Below are positions 28,515 to 39,653 of a DNA stretch of 64,000 nucleotides, one piece after another. The DNA lies in assembly GCA_963555825.3 (NCBI GenBank), contig CAUVXB020000002.1:2944001-3008000 (forward strand), written 5' to 3'. The translations under genes and the position numbers were made by a program. The notes beneath the pieces were generated by a model that did no database searches, was not told the DNA's origin, and saw nothing but the letters and a program-made list of their open reading frames with translations. Each line of letters starts with the position of its first letter. The first letter of the stretch is position 1. The DNA is from Alphaproteobacteria bacterium (GTDB lineage: Bacteria > Pseudomonadota > Alphaproteobacteria > JAAXGF01).

Positions 28515-29363
28515 TCACCCCACCACGAAAACCGACGCGGTCGGGCGTTCGAGGGCTTCGGCGACGTCGATCAGGCGGCCCAGCGCGCCCTGGCGGTCGA
28601 CGATGATGGCGTTGGGCGAGCGATCGCTCAACAGCGCGTAGATGGCTTGCGCGTCGTGGCCGGCGTGGCCGTGCACGGTGGCGGCGACGTCGTGTTCGGC
28701 GAGCCAGTCGGCGGCCTCGGCCTCGGCGGCTTGTGCCGCGGCGTCGTCGGCGCCGACGGCGAGCACCTCGAGCGGGCAGCCGTGCATGTCGGCCAACTCG
28801 GCGCCCATGGCGAGCGCTCTCGCGGCGCCCTCGTAGAGCACGATCACGGGGCGGTGGCGCAGGCCCTCGCAGCGCATCACCATGATCGAGCATTTGGCGC
28901 CCGCCGCGATGCGCCGCGCGGTGCCGCCGATCCGCGCGCCGGCCGAGCGGCGGCCGACCGTGCCGAGCGCCAGCAGCTCGCAATCGCCGGCCTCGGCGAG
29001 CAGGCGCTCGGCGACGTCGCCGCGTGCGACGCGGAACGAGCATTGGACATGCCAGCGCGCGGCGGCCACCTTCAGCATCGCCTCGGCGCGCGCCGCCCAG
29101 ACCCTGAGGCCTTGGCGCATGCGTTGGGCGTCGACCGCTTCCTCGGCGGCGCCCGAGCGCCGGATGTTGCGCGTCATGGGCAGCGCGGCGGCGTCGATCA
29201 GCGCCGAGTCCTCGACGAACAGGCCGACCAGCTCGGCGCCACGCTGGGCGGCGAGCCGCGCGGCGGCCTCGAGCGCCGAGGAGCACTGCGCCTCGGGGTC
29301 GAGCGCGATGATGACGCGGCGCGGCCTCGGTGTGACTTCGGGCGTGGTCTCGGGTGTCATCAT
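28515..29363 (-). CDS. Universal stress protein-like
   Basis: RRVIIALD...ALEAAARLA...ELVGLFVED, IGGTARRIAAGAKCSIMV; ATGA overlap with the protease stop. Confidence 0.7.
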   Translation of the reverse strand: MMTPETTPEVTPRPRRVIIALDPEAQCSSALEAAARLAAQRGAELVGLFVEDSALIDAAALPMTRNIRRSGAAEEAVDAQRMRQGLRVWAARAEAMLKVAAARWHVQCSFRVARGDVAERLLAEAGDCELLALGTVGRRSAGARIGGTARRIAAGAKCSIMVMRCEGLRHRPVIVLYEGAARALAMGAELADMHGCPLEVLAVGADDAAAQAAEAEAADWLAEHDVAATVHGHAGHDAQAIYALLSDRSPNAIIVDRQGALGRLIDVAEALERPTASVFVVG

Positions 29364-31786
29364 GTCTCGTCTTCCCGGAGTGAGTCGCGGGCATACTCGC
29401 GCCGCTTCTCGGCCAGCTCGGCGAGGCGCGCCTCGACCAGCCGGTTGAGGCTGCCCTCGGGGAATTCGCCGTCCTCGCCCCGTTGGCCCGCCGGCATGCC
29501 GGTCAGGATCTCGATGCCCTGTTCGATCGTCTCGACTGGATAAATATGGAATTTGCCGTCGCGCGCGGCGTCGACGACGCGCCGGTGCAGCATCAGATGC
29601 TTGACGTTGGTCGCCGGTATCAAGACGCCCTGGTCGCCGGTCAGGCCGCGCGCGTCGCAGATGTCGAAGAAGCCCTCGATCTTCTCGTTGGCGCCGCCGA
29701 TCGCCTGCACCGTGCCGTATTGGTTGACCGAGCCGGTGACCGCGAAGCCCTGCTTGATCGGCACGCCCGAGATCGCCGACAGCAGCGCATACAGCTCGGT
29801 CGACGAGGCCGAATCGCCGTCGACGCCGCCATAGGACTGCTCGAACACCAGGCTGGCCGAGAGCGACAGCGGCCGATCGCTCGCGAAATGGGCGCTGAGG
29901 TAGCCGCTCAGGATCAAGACGCCCTTGGTGTGCAGCGGGCCGCCGAGCGTCACCTCGCGCTCGATATCGACGACCTCGCCCTTGCCGATGCGGACCCGCG
30001 CGGTGATCCGGCTCGGCTTGCCGAAGGCGAAGCCGCCGACCTGGAGCACGGCGAGCCCGTTGACCTGGCCGACCACCGCGCCGCCGGTGTCGATCGCGAT
30101 GGTGCCGCGGCTGATCTGCTCCTGGGTGCGCTCGCGCACGCGGTCGAGGCGGCGCGTCTGGGCGTCGACCGCGTGCTGCACGTCGTCGGCGCCGATCCGG
30201 CCGTTGCCGTTCTTGCCAGCCCAGTAATCGGCCTCGCGCAACAGGTCGGCGAGCGATTCGAGGCGCGTCGACAGGCGTTCGGAATCGCCGGCCTGGCGCG
30301 CCGAGTACTCGAGCGCCCGGGCGACGCCGGCGCAATCGAGCGGCTTGAGCTTCTCGGCCCGCGCCAGCGTCGCGACGAGTCGGGCGAACAGCGCGTTGTT
30401 CTCGTCTGAGCGCTGGATCTGCTCGTCGAAGTCGGCGGCGACCTTGAACAGGCGCCGGAAATCGGGGTCGGCGTCGGACAGCATGTAGTAGATCATGCGA
30501 TCGCCGACCAGGACGACCTTGACGTCGAGCGGGATCGGCTCGGGCTCGAGCGAGACTGTCGAGATCGCGCCCATCACGCGGCCGATCGGCTCGATGCGGA
30601 TCTTGCCCGCGCGCAACGCCTGCTTGAGGCCCTGCCAGGCCATCGGCTGGCTCAACAGCTTGCGCGCATCGAGCATCAGATAGCCGCCCGAGGCGCGGTG
30701 CAGCGCACCCGCCTGGACCATGTGGAAATCGGTAAACAGCGTGCCCATCTCGGCGCGGTGCTCGATGCGGCCGACCAGGCGCTCATACGTCGGGTCGTCT
30801 TCGTAGACGACCGGCGCGTGCTCGAGCGCGCCGTTGTCGACCACCAGGTTGACGCGGTATTTGCGGGCCAGCGCCTCGGCCGGGTTGTGCGCGCCGGGCG
30901 GACCCGGCTGGCCCTCGGCCGCCTGCGGCGCGACGATCGCCTCGACGTTGTCGACCACGTCGTCGCGCACCTCGTCGAGATAGATCTGCACGCTGGTGTC
31001 GTCGGCGTAGCGTTCGCGCAGCGCCTCGACCAGATGGCCGACCGCAAACAGCGCGGTCTCGTGGTTGAGCGCGCGCAGCTTGTCGCGCGTCTCCTTCATC
31101 CACACCGGGACCTGTTGCAGCGCCGCCTGGAGCAGCTTCTGAAGCTCCTGGATCTCGCCCTCGATGCGTTTCTGGTCGGCCTCGGGGTAGGCCTGGAATT
31201 CCTCGGGGGCGACGACCTTGCCTTCGCTCAGCGGCGCGAAGGTGAACCCCTGGGGCGTGCGGAACAAGGCGATGCCGCGTGCCTTCGCCGCCTGCTCGAT
31301 CTCGGTGACGGCGCGCTCCTGGCGGTCCTTGATCTCCTCCTCGATGACCTGGCTCGAGGTGCGGTGCTCGTCGCTCTCGAAGGCGCTGCGCAGCGCGTCG
31401 CCCAGGTCCTCGGCGAAGCGCTCCATGTCGTCGCGGAAGGCCGCGCCGCGGCCCGGCGCGAGCCTCAGCGCGCGCGGCTTGCGGTGCTCCTTGAAGTTCG
31501 AGATATAGCACCAGTCGGCGGGCGCTTCGCCCTGGCGCGCGCGCTCCTCGAGGAACTGGCGCGTCACCGTGTGCTTGCCGGTGCCCTCGGCGCCCAACGC
31601 GAACAGGTTGTAGCTCGGGCGGTCCATGTCGATGGCGAACTTGATCGCCTCGACGGCGCGGTCCTGGCCGATGACCTCGTCGAGGTCGTCGAGCTCGTCG
31701 GTCGACGCGAATGAGAACTGGTCGGGCTGGCAGCGCCAGCACAACGCCTCGATCGATAGCGCGCCCTTGGCTGGCGTGTCGCCCAT
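29360..31786 (-). CDS. Lon-like (S16, LonC/YcbZ-type) protease
   Basis: IGQDRA, GAEGTGK, GALHRASGGYL, FEQSYGGVDGDSAS, GGANEKIEGFF (Ser-Lys dyad). Confidence 0.93.
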   Translation of the reverse strand: MGDTPAKGALSIEALCWRCQPDQFSFASTDELDDLDEVIGQDRAVEAIKFAIDMDRPSYNLFALGAEGTGKHTVTRQFLEERARQGEAPADWCYISNFKEHRKPRALRLAPGRGAAFRDDMERFAEDLGDALRSAFESDEHRTSSQVIEEEIKDRQERAVTEIEQAAKARGIALFRTPQGFTFAPLSEGKVVAPEEFQAYPEADQKRIEGEIQELQKLLQAALQQVPVWMKETRDKLRALNHETALFAVGHLVEALRERYADDTSVQIYLDEVRDDVVDNVEAIVAPQAAEGQPGPPGAHNPAEALARKYRVNLVVDNGALEHAPVVYEDDPTYERLVGRIEHRAEMGTLFTDFHMVQAGALHRASGGYLMLDARKLLSQPMAWQGLKQALRAGKIRIEPIGRVMGAISTVSLEPEPIPLDVKVVLVGDRMIYYMLSDADPDFRRLFKVAADFDEQIQRSDENNALFARLVATLARAEKLKPLDCAGVARALEYSARQAGDSERLSTRLESLADLLREADYWAGKNGNGRIGADDVQHAVDAQTRRLDRVRERTQEQISRGTIAIDTGGAVVGQVNGLAVLQVGGFAFGKPSRITARVRIGKGEVVDIEREVTLGGPLHTKGVLILSGYLSAHFASDRPLSLSASLVFEQSYGGVDGDSASSTELYALLSAISGVPIKQGFAVTGSVNQYGTVQAIGGANEKIEGFFDICDARGLTGDQGVLIPATNVKHLMLHRRVVDAARDGKFHIYPVETIEQGIEILTGMPAGQRGEDGEFPEGSLNRLVEARLAELAEKRREYARDSLREDET

Positions 31787-31939
31787 CGCCGCGCGGCCTC
31801 CGGATTGTTGAGCCGCCTATGTTAGTCGATTTACCGCCCGGGCAAAGCGCCGATCTCGACCCGCGGGGTTCGCGTCGCGCCGCGCTTCCTGCTAGTTTTG
31901 TCGCGCGGGATCGATCGTGGAACCAAGACGGGGCGGAGC

Positions 31940-33949
31940 ATGGACGGACGCGTCGGCGTCGAAATCGGCGGCACCTTCACCGACCTCGTCTGGCGACGCG
32001 GCGACGCGACACTGGTGACGCACAAGGTGCTGTCGACGCCCGAGGCGATCCACGCGGCGGTGCTGAGCGCGCTCGACGAGGCCGACGTCGTGCTCGACGA
32101 TGCGCGCGCGGTGGTGCACGGCTCGACAGTCGCGACCAACGCGCTGCTGATGCGGCGCGGCGCGGTGACCGGGCTTTTGACCACCGAGGGCTTCCGCGAC
32201 GTCATCGAAATCGGCACCCACGACCGCGCAGGCAACGTGTACGAAATCTTCTATCGCAAGCCGCGCCCGCCGATCGCGCGGCGTTTCGTGCGCGAGGTGC
32301 CCGAGCGCATCCAGGCGGACGGCCAGGTGGTGCGGCCGATCGATCTCGACGCCGTCTGGACGCAGGCCAAGGCGATGATCGACGAAGGCGTCGGCGCGAT
32401 CGCCATATGCTTCCTGCACTCGTACCGCAACCAGGCCCATGAAGCATCCGCGGCGGCACTGGTGCGCGAGCGCGCGCCGGGCATTTTCGTCACCGCGAGC
32501 CACGAGATATCGCCCGAGTTCCGCGAGTACGAGCGCACCATGACGACGGCGGTCAACGCCTTCGTCGGGCCGGTCGTCAAGGGCTATATCGACGAACTCG
32601 CCGACGGACTGGGCCAGCGCGGCTTCGCCGGCGCGCTGCAGATCATGCAGTCGAACGGCGGCATCATGCCGGCCAGCGCGGCCGGCGACCACGCCGCGCG
32701 CATCCTGCTGTCGGGCCCGGCCGCCGGCGTGCGCGGCGCGATGTGGTTCGCGCGCCGCTCGGGCGTCGAGAACGCGGTGACGCTCGACATGGGCGGCACC
32801 AGCTCCGACGTCTGCCTGGCGCCCGGGCTGGAGCCCGGTACGACGGTGGAGATGAAGATCGACGGCCTGCCGGTGCGCTGCCCGGCGAGCGACATCGCCA
32901 CCGTCGGCGCCGGCGGCGGCTCGATCGCGAGCATCGATCCGGGCGGCTTCCTGACCGTCGGCCCGCAGAGCGCCGGCGCGCTGCCCGGCCCGGCGTGTTA
33001 CGACCGGGGCGGCGAGGCGCCGACCGTGACCGACGCCCAGGTCGTCGCCGGCATCCTCAGGCCCGAGCGTTTCCTCGGCGGCCGCATGACGCTGGCGCCC
33101 GAGCGCGCGCGCCGCGCGATCGAGACGCTCGGCCTCGACGGCGCCGTCGAGGCGGCCGCCGACAGTATCCTGCGCGTCGTCAACTCGAACATGGCCGCGG
33201 CGCTGCGCCTGGTCTCGACCGAGCGCGGCATCGACCCGCGCGACTATGTCCTGGTCGCCTATGGCGGCGGCGGGCCGCTGCACGCCGCGATGGTTGCCGA
33301 CGAGCTCGGCATCGGCCGCGTTCTGGTGCCCTGGTCGCCGGGCTTGGTCTCGGCGTTCGGCCTGCTCGTCGCCGACCCGATGATCGATCTGGCGCGCACG
33401 CGCATCCATGCGGTCGACGACGAGACGCTGAGCGCCACGGTGATGTCTGAACTGACGCGGGAAGGGTTAGCCGCCGCGACAGCGCAGGGTGTCGAGGAGA
33501 GCGGCCGCGAGGTGCGCATCGCGCTCGATCTGCGCTATGTTGGCCAAGCCTATGAGCTGACCGTCTGGTTCGACGGGCCGGCGGCGAGCGGCGACGACAT
33601 CCGGGCGGCGTTCGGCGCGGCGCACAACCAGCGTTACGGCTATGCCCGCGAGCGCCGCACCGTCGAATGCGTCAACTACCGCATCCGCGTCGCCCAGCGC
33701 AACGAGGCCGAGCTGTCGCCGCCGATCGCCGATGCCGGCGTCGAGCCCCGGCTGGATGAGGGCGATGTCAAGCTGGCCGGCCAGGCGGTGACCGCGACCT
33801 TCGCCGACCGCGCGAGCCTGGCGCCGGGCTTCGCACTCGACGGCCCGGCGGTGATCGAGGAACCGACGGCGACGACCGTCGTGCCGCCCGGCTGGCGCGC
33901 GCGGGTGCTCGAGAGCGGCGATATCATGATCGAAAGGACCGTATCGTGA
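31940..33949 (+). CDS. Hydantoinase/oxoprolinase family subunit A
   Basis: IGGTFTD, HGSTVATNA, SGPAAG, DMGGTS, GAGGGS, YGGGGPLH. Confidence 0.93.
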   Translation: MDGRVGVEIGGTFTDLVWRRGDATLVTHKVLSTPEAIHAAVLSALDEADVVLDDARAVVHGSTVATNALLMRRGAVTGLLTTEGFRDVIEIGTHDRAGNVYEIFYRKPRPPIARRFVREVPERIQADGQVVRPIDLDAVWTQAKAMIDEGVGAIAICFLHSYRNQAHEASAAALVRERAPGIFVTASHEISPEFREYERTMTTAVNAFVGPVVKGYIDELADGLGQRGFAGALQIMQSNGGIMPASAAGDHAARILLSGPAAGVRGAMWFARRSGVENAVTLDMGGTSSDVCLAPGLEPGTTVEMKIDGLPVRCPASDIATVGAGGGSIASIDPGGFLTVGPQSAGALPGPACYDRGGEAPTVTDAQVVAGILRPERFLGGRMTLAPERARRAIETLGLDGAVEAAADSILRVVNSNMAAALRLVSTERGIDPRDYVLVAYGGGGPLHAAMVADELGIGRVLVPWSPGLVSAFGLLVADPMIDLARTRIHAVDDETLSATVMSELTREGLAAATAQGVEESGREVRIALDLRYVGQAYELTVWFDGPAASGDDIRAAFGAAHNQRYGYARERRTVECVNYRIRVAQRNEAELSPPIADAGVEPRLDEGDVKLAGQAVTATFADRASLAPGFALDGPAVIEEPTATTVVPPGWRARVLESGDIMIERTVS

Positions 33950-35619
33950 CCGACACAATGGATGCTACGACCGTTTCCATCATCGCGCGCGGCCTGCACG
34001 CCGCGGCCGAGGAAATGGGCGCCAACCTGATACGCTCGGCGTTCTCGACCGTGGTGCGCGAGGCGCGTGACTGCTCGACAGCGCTGTTGGACCCGGGCGG
34101 CAACATCTGCGCCCAGGCCGAGATGATCCCGATGCAGACCGCGGCGCTCTCGATGTCGTTCAAGGCGGCGACGGCGGCGCTCGATCTGGAGACCGTCACG
34201 CCCGGCCTGGGCATTTTCATGAACGATCCCTACCACGGCGGCCAGCACCTCAACGACCTGATCCTGTTCACGCCGATCTTCGAGGGCGACGTGCTGTTGG
34301 GCTATGCCGGCTCGACCGCGCACCACCTCGACATCGGCGGCGCCACCGCGGGCGTCACGACCCAGGCGAAGGAGCTGATCCAGGAGGGCCTGGTGTTCCC
34401 GCCGATCCTGTTCGACGTCGCGCGCGACTGGAACGGCGGCATGCTCGAGAAATTCCTGGCCGCCAACATCCGCGTTCCCGAGATCGGCGTTGGCGACATG
34501 AATGCCCAGTTCGCCGCCAACTACACTGGCGCCGAGCGGGTCCGCGAGCTGGCCCGGAAATACGGCGCCGAGGGCCTATGGCAGGCGATGGCCGAGGTCC
34601 AGGATTACAGCGAGCGCCGGGTGCGCGCCGGCATCGAGGCGATCCCCGACGGCGTCTATTCGGGCGAGGCATTCCTCGACGAGGACGTCTTCGACCCGAA
34701 CCCGGTGCGCGTCGCGGTCGAGGTCAAGGTCGCGGGCTCGGACATCTGGATGGACTTCACGGGCACCGACGCGCAGCTCAAGAGCATGTTCAACTGCCCG
34801 ATCTCGTCGGCCCACGCCGCCGCCTTCGCCGCCGTGCGCTGCATCATGCCCGACAAGGACATTCCGGCGAACGACGGCTGCAACCGGCCGCTGCACCTGA
34901 ATTTTCCCAAGGGCAGCCTGCTCAACCCCAACCCGCCGGCGCCGGTCCGCGCGCGCATGACCTCGGCCTACCGCGCCTTCGATGCGATCCACGCCGCGTT
35001 GTCGCAAGCCGTGCCCGAGCGCGTGCCGGCCCAGGGCTACAACTGCACCACCGCGTTCTACATCTCGCAGCAGCGCGACGACGGCGGGTTCCGCGTGCTC
35101 GCCGATATCCTGGGCGGCGGTTATGGCGCCGGCCACGGCTACGACGGCGCCGACGCGGTCGATTGCGTGCTGAGCAATTGCCGCAACACGCCGATCGAAT
35201 CGATCGAGCAGATCCACCCCCATCTGCGCATGCGCGCCTATACTCTGACGCCCGATTCGGGCGGCCCCGGCGAATGGCGCGGCGGTCTCGGATTCAGCCG
35301 CGAGGTCGAGGTGCTCGAGGACGGCGTCTTCCTCAACATCTACACCGATCACTTCAAGTTCCCGCCCAAGGGCTTCGACGGCGGTAAACCGGGTAACACC
35401 GGCAGCCTGTCGGTGCGGCGTGGCGGCCAGGTCATGCCGCTCACCTCGATGGCCGACTTCGACCTCGCGCCGGGCGACGTGGTGCGATTGACGACCGGCG
35501 GCGGCGGTGGCTACGGCGATCCGAAGAAGCGGCCACGCGCCGCGGTCGAGAAGGACGTCGAGGACGGCCGCATCAGCCATTCGCACGCCGCCGAGGCGTA
35601 TGGCTACGCCGCCGAGTAA
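33946..35619 (+). CDS. Hydantoinase B/oxoprolinase family subunit
   Basis: EEMG...RSAFS...EARDCS, NDPYHGGQHLND, DSGGPGEWRGG, GGGGYGDP. Confidence 0.93.
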   Translation: MTDTMDATTVSIIARGLHAAAEEMGANLIRSAFSTVVREARDCSTALLDPGGNICAQAEMIPMQTAALSMSFKAATAALDLETVTPGLGIFMNDPYHGGQHLNDLILFTPIFEGDVLLGYAGSTAHHLDIGGATAGVTTQAKELIQEGLVFPPILFDVARDWNGGMLEKFLAANIRVPEIGVGDMNAQFAANYTGAERVRELARKYGAEGLWQAMAEVQDYSERRVRAGIEAIPDGVYSGEAFLDEDVFDPNPVRVAVEVKVAGSDIWMDFTGTDAQLKSMFNCPISSAHAAAFAAVRCIMPDKDIPANDGCNRPLHLNFPKGSLLNPNPPAPVRARMTSAYRAFDAIHAALSQAVPERVPAQGYNCTTAFYISQQRDDGGFRVLADILGGGYGAGHGYDGADAVDCVLSNCRNTPIESIEQIHPHLRMRAYTLTPDSGGPGEWRGGLGFSREVEVLEDGVFLNIYTDHFKFPPKGFDGGKPGNTGSLSVRRGGQVMPLTSMADFDLAPGDVVRLTTGGGGGYGDPKKRPRAAVEKDVEDGRISHSHAAEAYGYAAE

Positions 35620-35629
35620 GGCCGCCGCG

Positions 35630-37324
35630 ATGAACCAGCCCAATGGCGGCGAGGCGCTGGTGCGCCTCCTGGAACTGCATGGCGTCGAGGTCATATTCGG
35701 GCTGTGCGGCGACACCAGCCTGCCGTTCTACGACGCGCTGCAGCGGCTCGATCATGGCATGCGCCACGTCCTGACGCGCGACGAGCGCTCGGCCGCCTAT
35801 ATGGCCGACGGCTATGCGCGCGTCTCGGGCAAGGTCGGCGTCTGCGAGGGGCCGTCAGGCGGCGGCGCGACCTACATCCTGCCCGGCGTCGTCGAGGCCA
35901 ACGAGTCCTCGGTGCCGATCCTGGCGATCACGACCGACATCTCGGTGTCCTCGCGCGGCCGCTTCGCGCTGACCGAGCTCGACCAACGGGCGCTGTTCCG
36001 ACCGCTCAGCAAATGGAACACAATGCTCGATTCTTCGGCCGAGCTGCCCGGCGCGGTGCGCACCGCGTTTCGCGAGATGACGTCCGCGCGGCCCGGGGCC
36101 GCGCATATCGGACTGCCCTTCGATGTCCAGAACGGCCCGGTCGACGAGGCCGAGCTGTGGGCCGAGCGCGAATTCGGCGCCTATCCGGCGACCCGGGGGG
36201 CGCCCGACGCGACTGACGTGGCACGCGCGGCGGACGTGTTGGGTGCGGCCGCGCGGCCGCTCATCATCTGCGGCGGCGGGGTCGTCATCTCGGGCGCCGA
36301 GGCGGCGCTCCAACGCCTCGCCGAATTGCTCGGCGCGCCGGTCGCGACCTCGATCAGCGGCAAGGGCAGCATCGTCGACGACCACCCGCTTGCGCTCGGC
36401 GTCGTCGGCAGCAACGGCGGCACCGAGGAGACCCGCGCCGTCGTCGATCAGGCCGACGTCGTCCTGTTCGTCGGCGCGCGCGCCGGCTCGGTGACCACCG
36501 AACGCTGGCGCCACCCCGACCCCGACGCCGTGCGCGTCGTGCATATCGACGCCGATCCGCGCGTCATCGGCGCCAACTACGAGACCGCGGCCGGGTTGGT
36601 CGGCGACGCGCGGTTGTGCCTCGAGGCGCTGGCCGGCGAGATCGAGGGGCGCGCCAACGCGGCGCCCGAACGGACGCTGGGCGCCGACGCGGTGGCCCGG
36701 GCGAAGGCCGAGAAGTTCGCCGCCTTCGACGCGCTGGCGCGTTCCGACGAAACGCCGATCCGGCCCGAGCGCCTGGTTGCCGATCTCGAGGCGGTGCTGC
36801 CCGAGGACGCCGTGGTGGTCGCCGACCCGGGGACGCCGTGTCCCTACCTCGCGGGCTATTACCGGGTCGCGCGCACCGGGCGCCACATGTTCTCGAACCG
36901 CGCCCACGGGGCGCTCGGCTATTCGCTGCCGGCGGCGCTCGGCGCGGCCTTCGCGCGGCCCGACGCCACGGTCGTCTCGGTGATGGGCGACGGCAGCTTC
37001 GGCTTCGTCGCCGGCGAGCTCGAGACCGTCCAGCGGCTCGGGCTTCCCGTCACCTTCGTCGTCGTCTCGAACGCGACCTTCGGCTGGATCAAGGCGGGCC
37101 AGCGTGCCGGCTACCAAGGCCGCTACTTCTCGGTCGACTTCACGGCGACCGATCACGCCCGCGTCGCCGAGGCCTATGGCGTCAAGAGCTGGCGCGTGAC
37201 CGAGCCCGGCGAGCTGCGCAAGGCGCTCGGCGCGGCCATCGATTCGGGCGGCCCGGCGCTGGTCGACGTCGTCTGTCAGCCCTTGCACGAGGCCCGCGCG
37301 CCGGTCTCGGAGTGGGTCGCCTGA
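35630..37324 (+). CDS. Thiamine diphosphate-dependent enzyme
   Basis: RDERSAAYMADGYAR, GDGSFGF...SNATFGWI; operonic with the hydantoinase genes. Confidence 0.9.
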   Translation: MNQPNGGEALVRLLELHGVEVIFGLCGDTSLPFYDALQRLDHGMRHVLTRDERSAAYMADGYARVSGKVGVCEGPSGGGATYILPGVVEANESSVPILAITTDISVSSRGRFALTELDQRALFRPLSKWNTMLDSSAELPGAVRTAFREMTSARPGAAHIGLPFDVQNGPVDEAELWAEREFGAYPATRGAPDATDVARAADVLGAAARPLIICGGGVVISGAEAALQRLAELLGAPVATSISGKGSIVDDHPLALGVVGSNGGTEETRAVVDQADVVLFVGARAGSVTTERWRHPDPDAVRVVHIDADPRVIGANYETAAGLVGDARLCLEALAGEIEGRANAAPERTLGADAVARAKAEKFAAFDALARSDETPIRPERLVADLEAVLPEDAVVVADPGTPCPYLAGYYRVARTGRHMFSNRAHGALGYSLPAALGAAFARPDATVVSVMGDGSFGFVAGELETVQRLGLPVTFVVVSNATFGWIKAGQRAGYQGRYFSVDFTATDHARVAEAYGVKSWRVTEPGELRKALGAAIDSGGPALVDVVCQPLHEARAPVSEWVA

Positions 37325-37374
37325 GCCACAGGGGTGCCGAAGGGTCACACCGTCGGCGACTCCGACAGTTGACT

Positions 37375-37389
37375 GAACGTTCACCGAAC
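37375..37389 (+). promoter_or_regulatory. Possible second LexA box
   Basis: GAAC-GTTCACC-GAAC matches the alphaproteobacterial GAAC-N7-GAAC pattern. Confidence 0.5.
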
Positions 37390-37442
37390 CCATCAAGAAT
37401 ATTGGTTTCTAATCAACAACTTAACAAATTTGTTGCGTAACG

Positions 37443-37457
37443 GAACAAACTATGTAC
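37443..37457 (+). promoter_or_regulatory. LexA (SOS) box of recA
   Basis: GAAC-AAACTAT-GTAC, the alphaproteobacterial recA operator pattern. Confidence 0.8.
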
Positions 37458-37509
37458 AACTATTGCCGTTGCGCTCTTCCGAGCGCTATGGAATAACGGA
37501 GGTGGCATC

Positions 37510-38589
<1,080 letters not shown>

Positions 38590-38729
38590 GGCGACTCTAG
38601 GGCCACTGTGAATGGGAACGCTGGTGAAGCCCGCCGTAAATTGCGGTCGAGAATCTTGTGTCGCAGTGGGCGGGTCATTTTCGCTGGGAGGTCCAACGAT
38701 ACTGCTATATGTTGGGGGAGGAGATGCCA

Positions 38730-39653
38730 ATGGAACAAAATGTTCTATTCCCCGAATTAACCCGTGAAGATGCTGGCAGGGCCAATGTCGAGCGTAGTGA
38801 CACGGTAGCTGCGCCGGCGGTGGCGGACGCCCATATGGCGTGCGAAGACAACCTGGACTTCATGCGGCGTCTTCCCAACGGGTGTATGAAGCTCGTCGTT
38901 ACATCGCCTCCTTACAACATCGGCAAATCGTACGAGCGGCGCTCACATCTCGACGCATATGTAGAGCAGCAGACCCGCGTAATTTCCGAATGTGTTCGCC
39001 TCACGCACAGCGAGGGGTCAATTTGCTGGCAGGTCGGCAATCATGTCGACAAGGGTGAAGTGGTGCCGCTCGACACCATTCTCTATCCCATCTTCAAGAG
39101 CCATGGGTTCAAGCTTAGAAATCGAATTGTTTGGCACTTCGAGCATGGCTTGCATTGCTCGAAACGGCTCTCGGGCCGGTACGAGACCATCATGTGGTTT
39201 ACCAAAGAGGATTGCTACACCTTCAACCTCGACCCGATTCGGATTCCATCAAAGTACCCCAATAAGAAGTACTTCAAAGGCCCCAAGCGTGGACAGTTGT
39301 CAGGGAACCCGAATGGCAAAAATCCGAGTGACGTTTGGGTGATTCCTAACGTTAAGAACAACCATGTTGAGAAGACAATTCATCCGTGTCAGTTCCCAGT
39401 CGACCTAGTCGAACGCTTGGTTCTGTCGATGACTAATTGCGGCGATTGGGTGTTCGATCCCTATATGGGGGTCGGAAGCGCGATTGTAGCGGCCGTGAAG
39501 CACCAACGGGTCGGCTATGGTTGCGATATCGTCCAGCAGTATGTCGATGTGGCGTGGCAGCGGCTAAACGAGCTACGCGCTGGCAGCCTGAAGACCCGGC
39601 CAATGAATCGGCCGGTATACGACCCGAGCAAACCCTATGGCGGCCATCGGTGA
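38730..39653 (+). CDS. Type II DNA methyltransferase (beta class, probably N4-cytosine)
   Basis: VTSPPY precedes HPCQFP and DPYMGVGS; low GC; RBS GGAGGAG. Confidence 0.92.
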   Translation: MEQNVLFPELTREDAGRANVERSDTVAAPAVADAHMACEDNLDFMRRLPNGCMKLVVTSPPYNIGKSYERRSHLDAYVEQQTRVISECVRLTHSEGSICWQVGNHVDKGEVVPLDTILYPIFKSHGFKLRNRIVWHFEHGLHCSKRLSGRYETIMWFTKEDCYTFNLDPIRIPSKYPNKKYFKGPKRGQLSGNPNGKNPSDVWVIPNVKNNHVEKTIHPCQFPVDLVERLVLSMTNCGDWVFDPYMGVGSAIVAAVKHQRVGYGCDIVQQYVDVAWQRLNELRAGSLKTRPMNRPVYDPSKPYGGHR

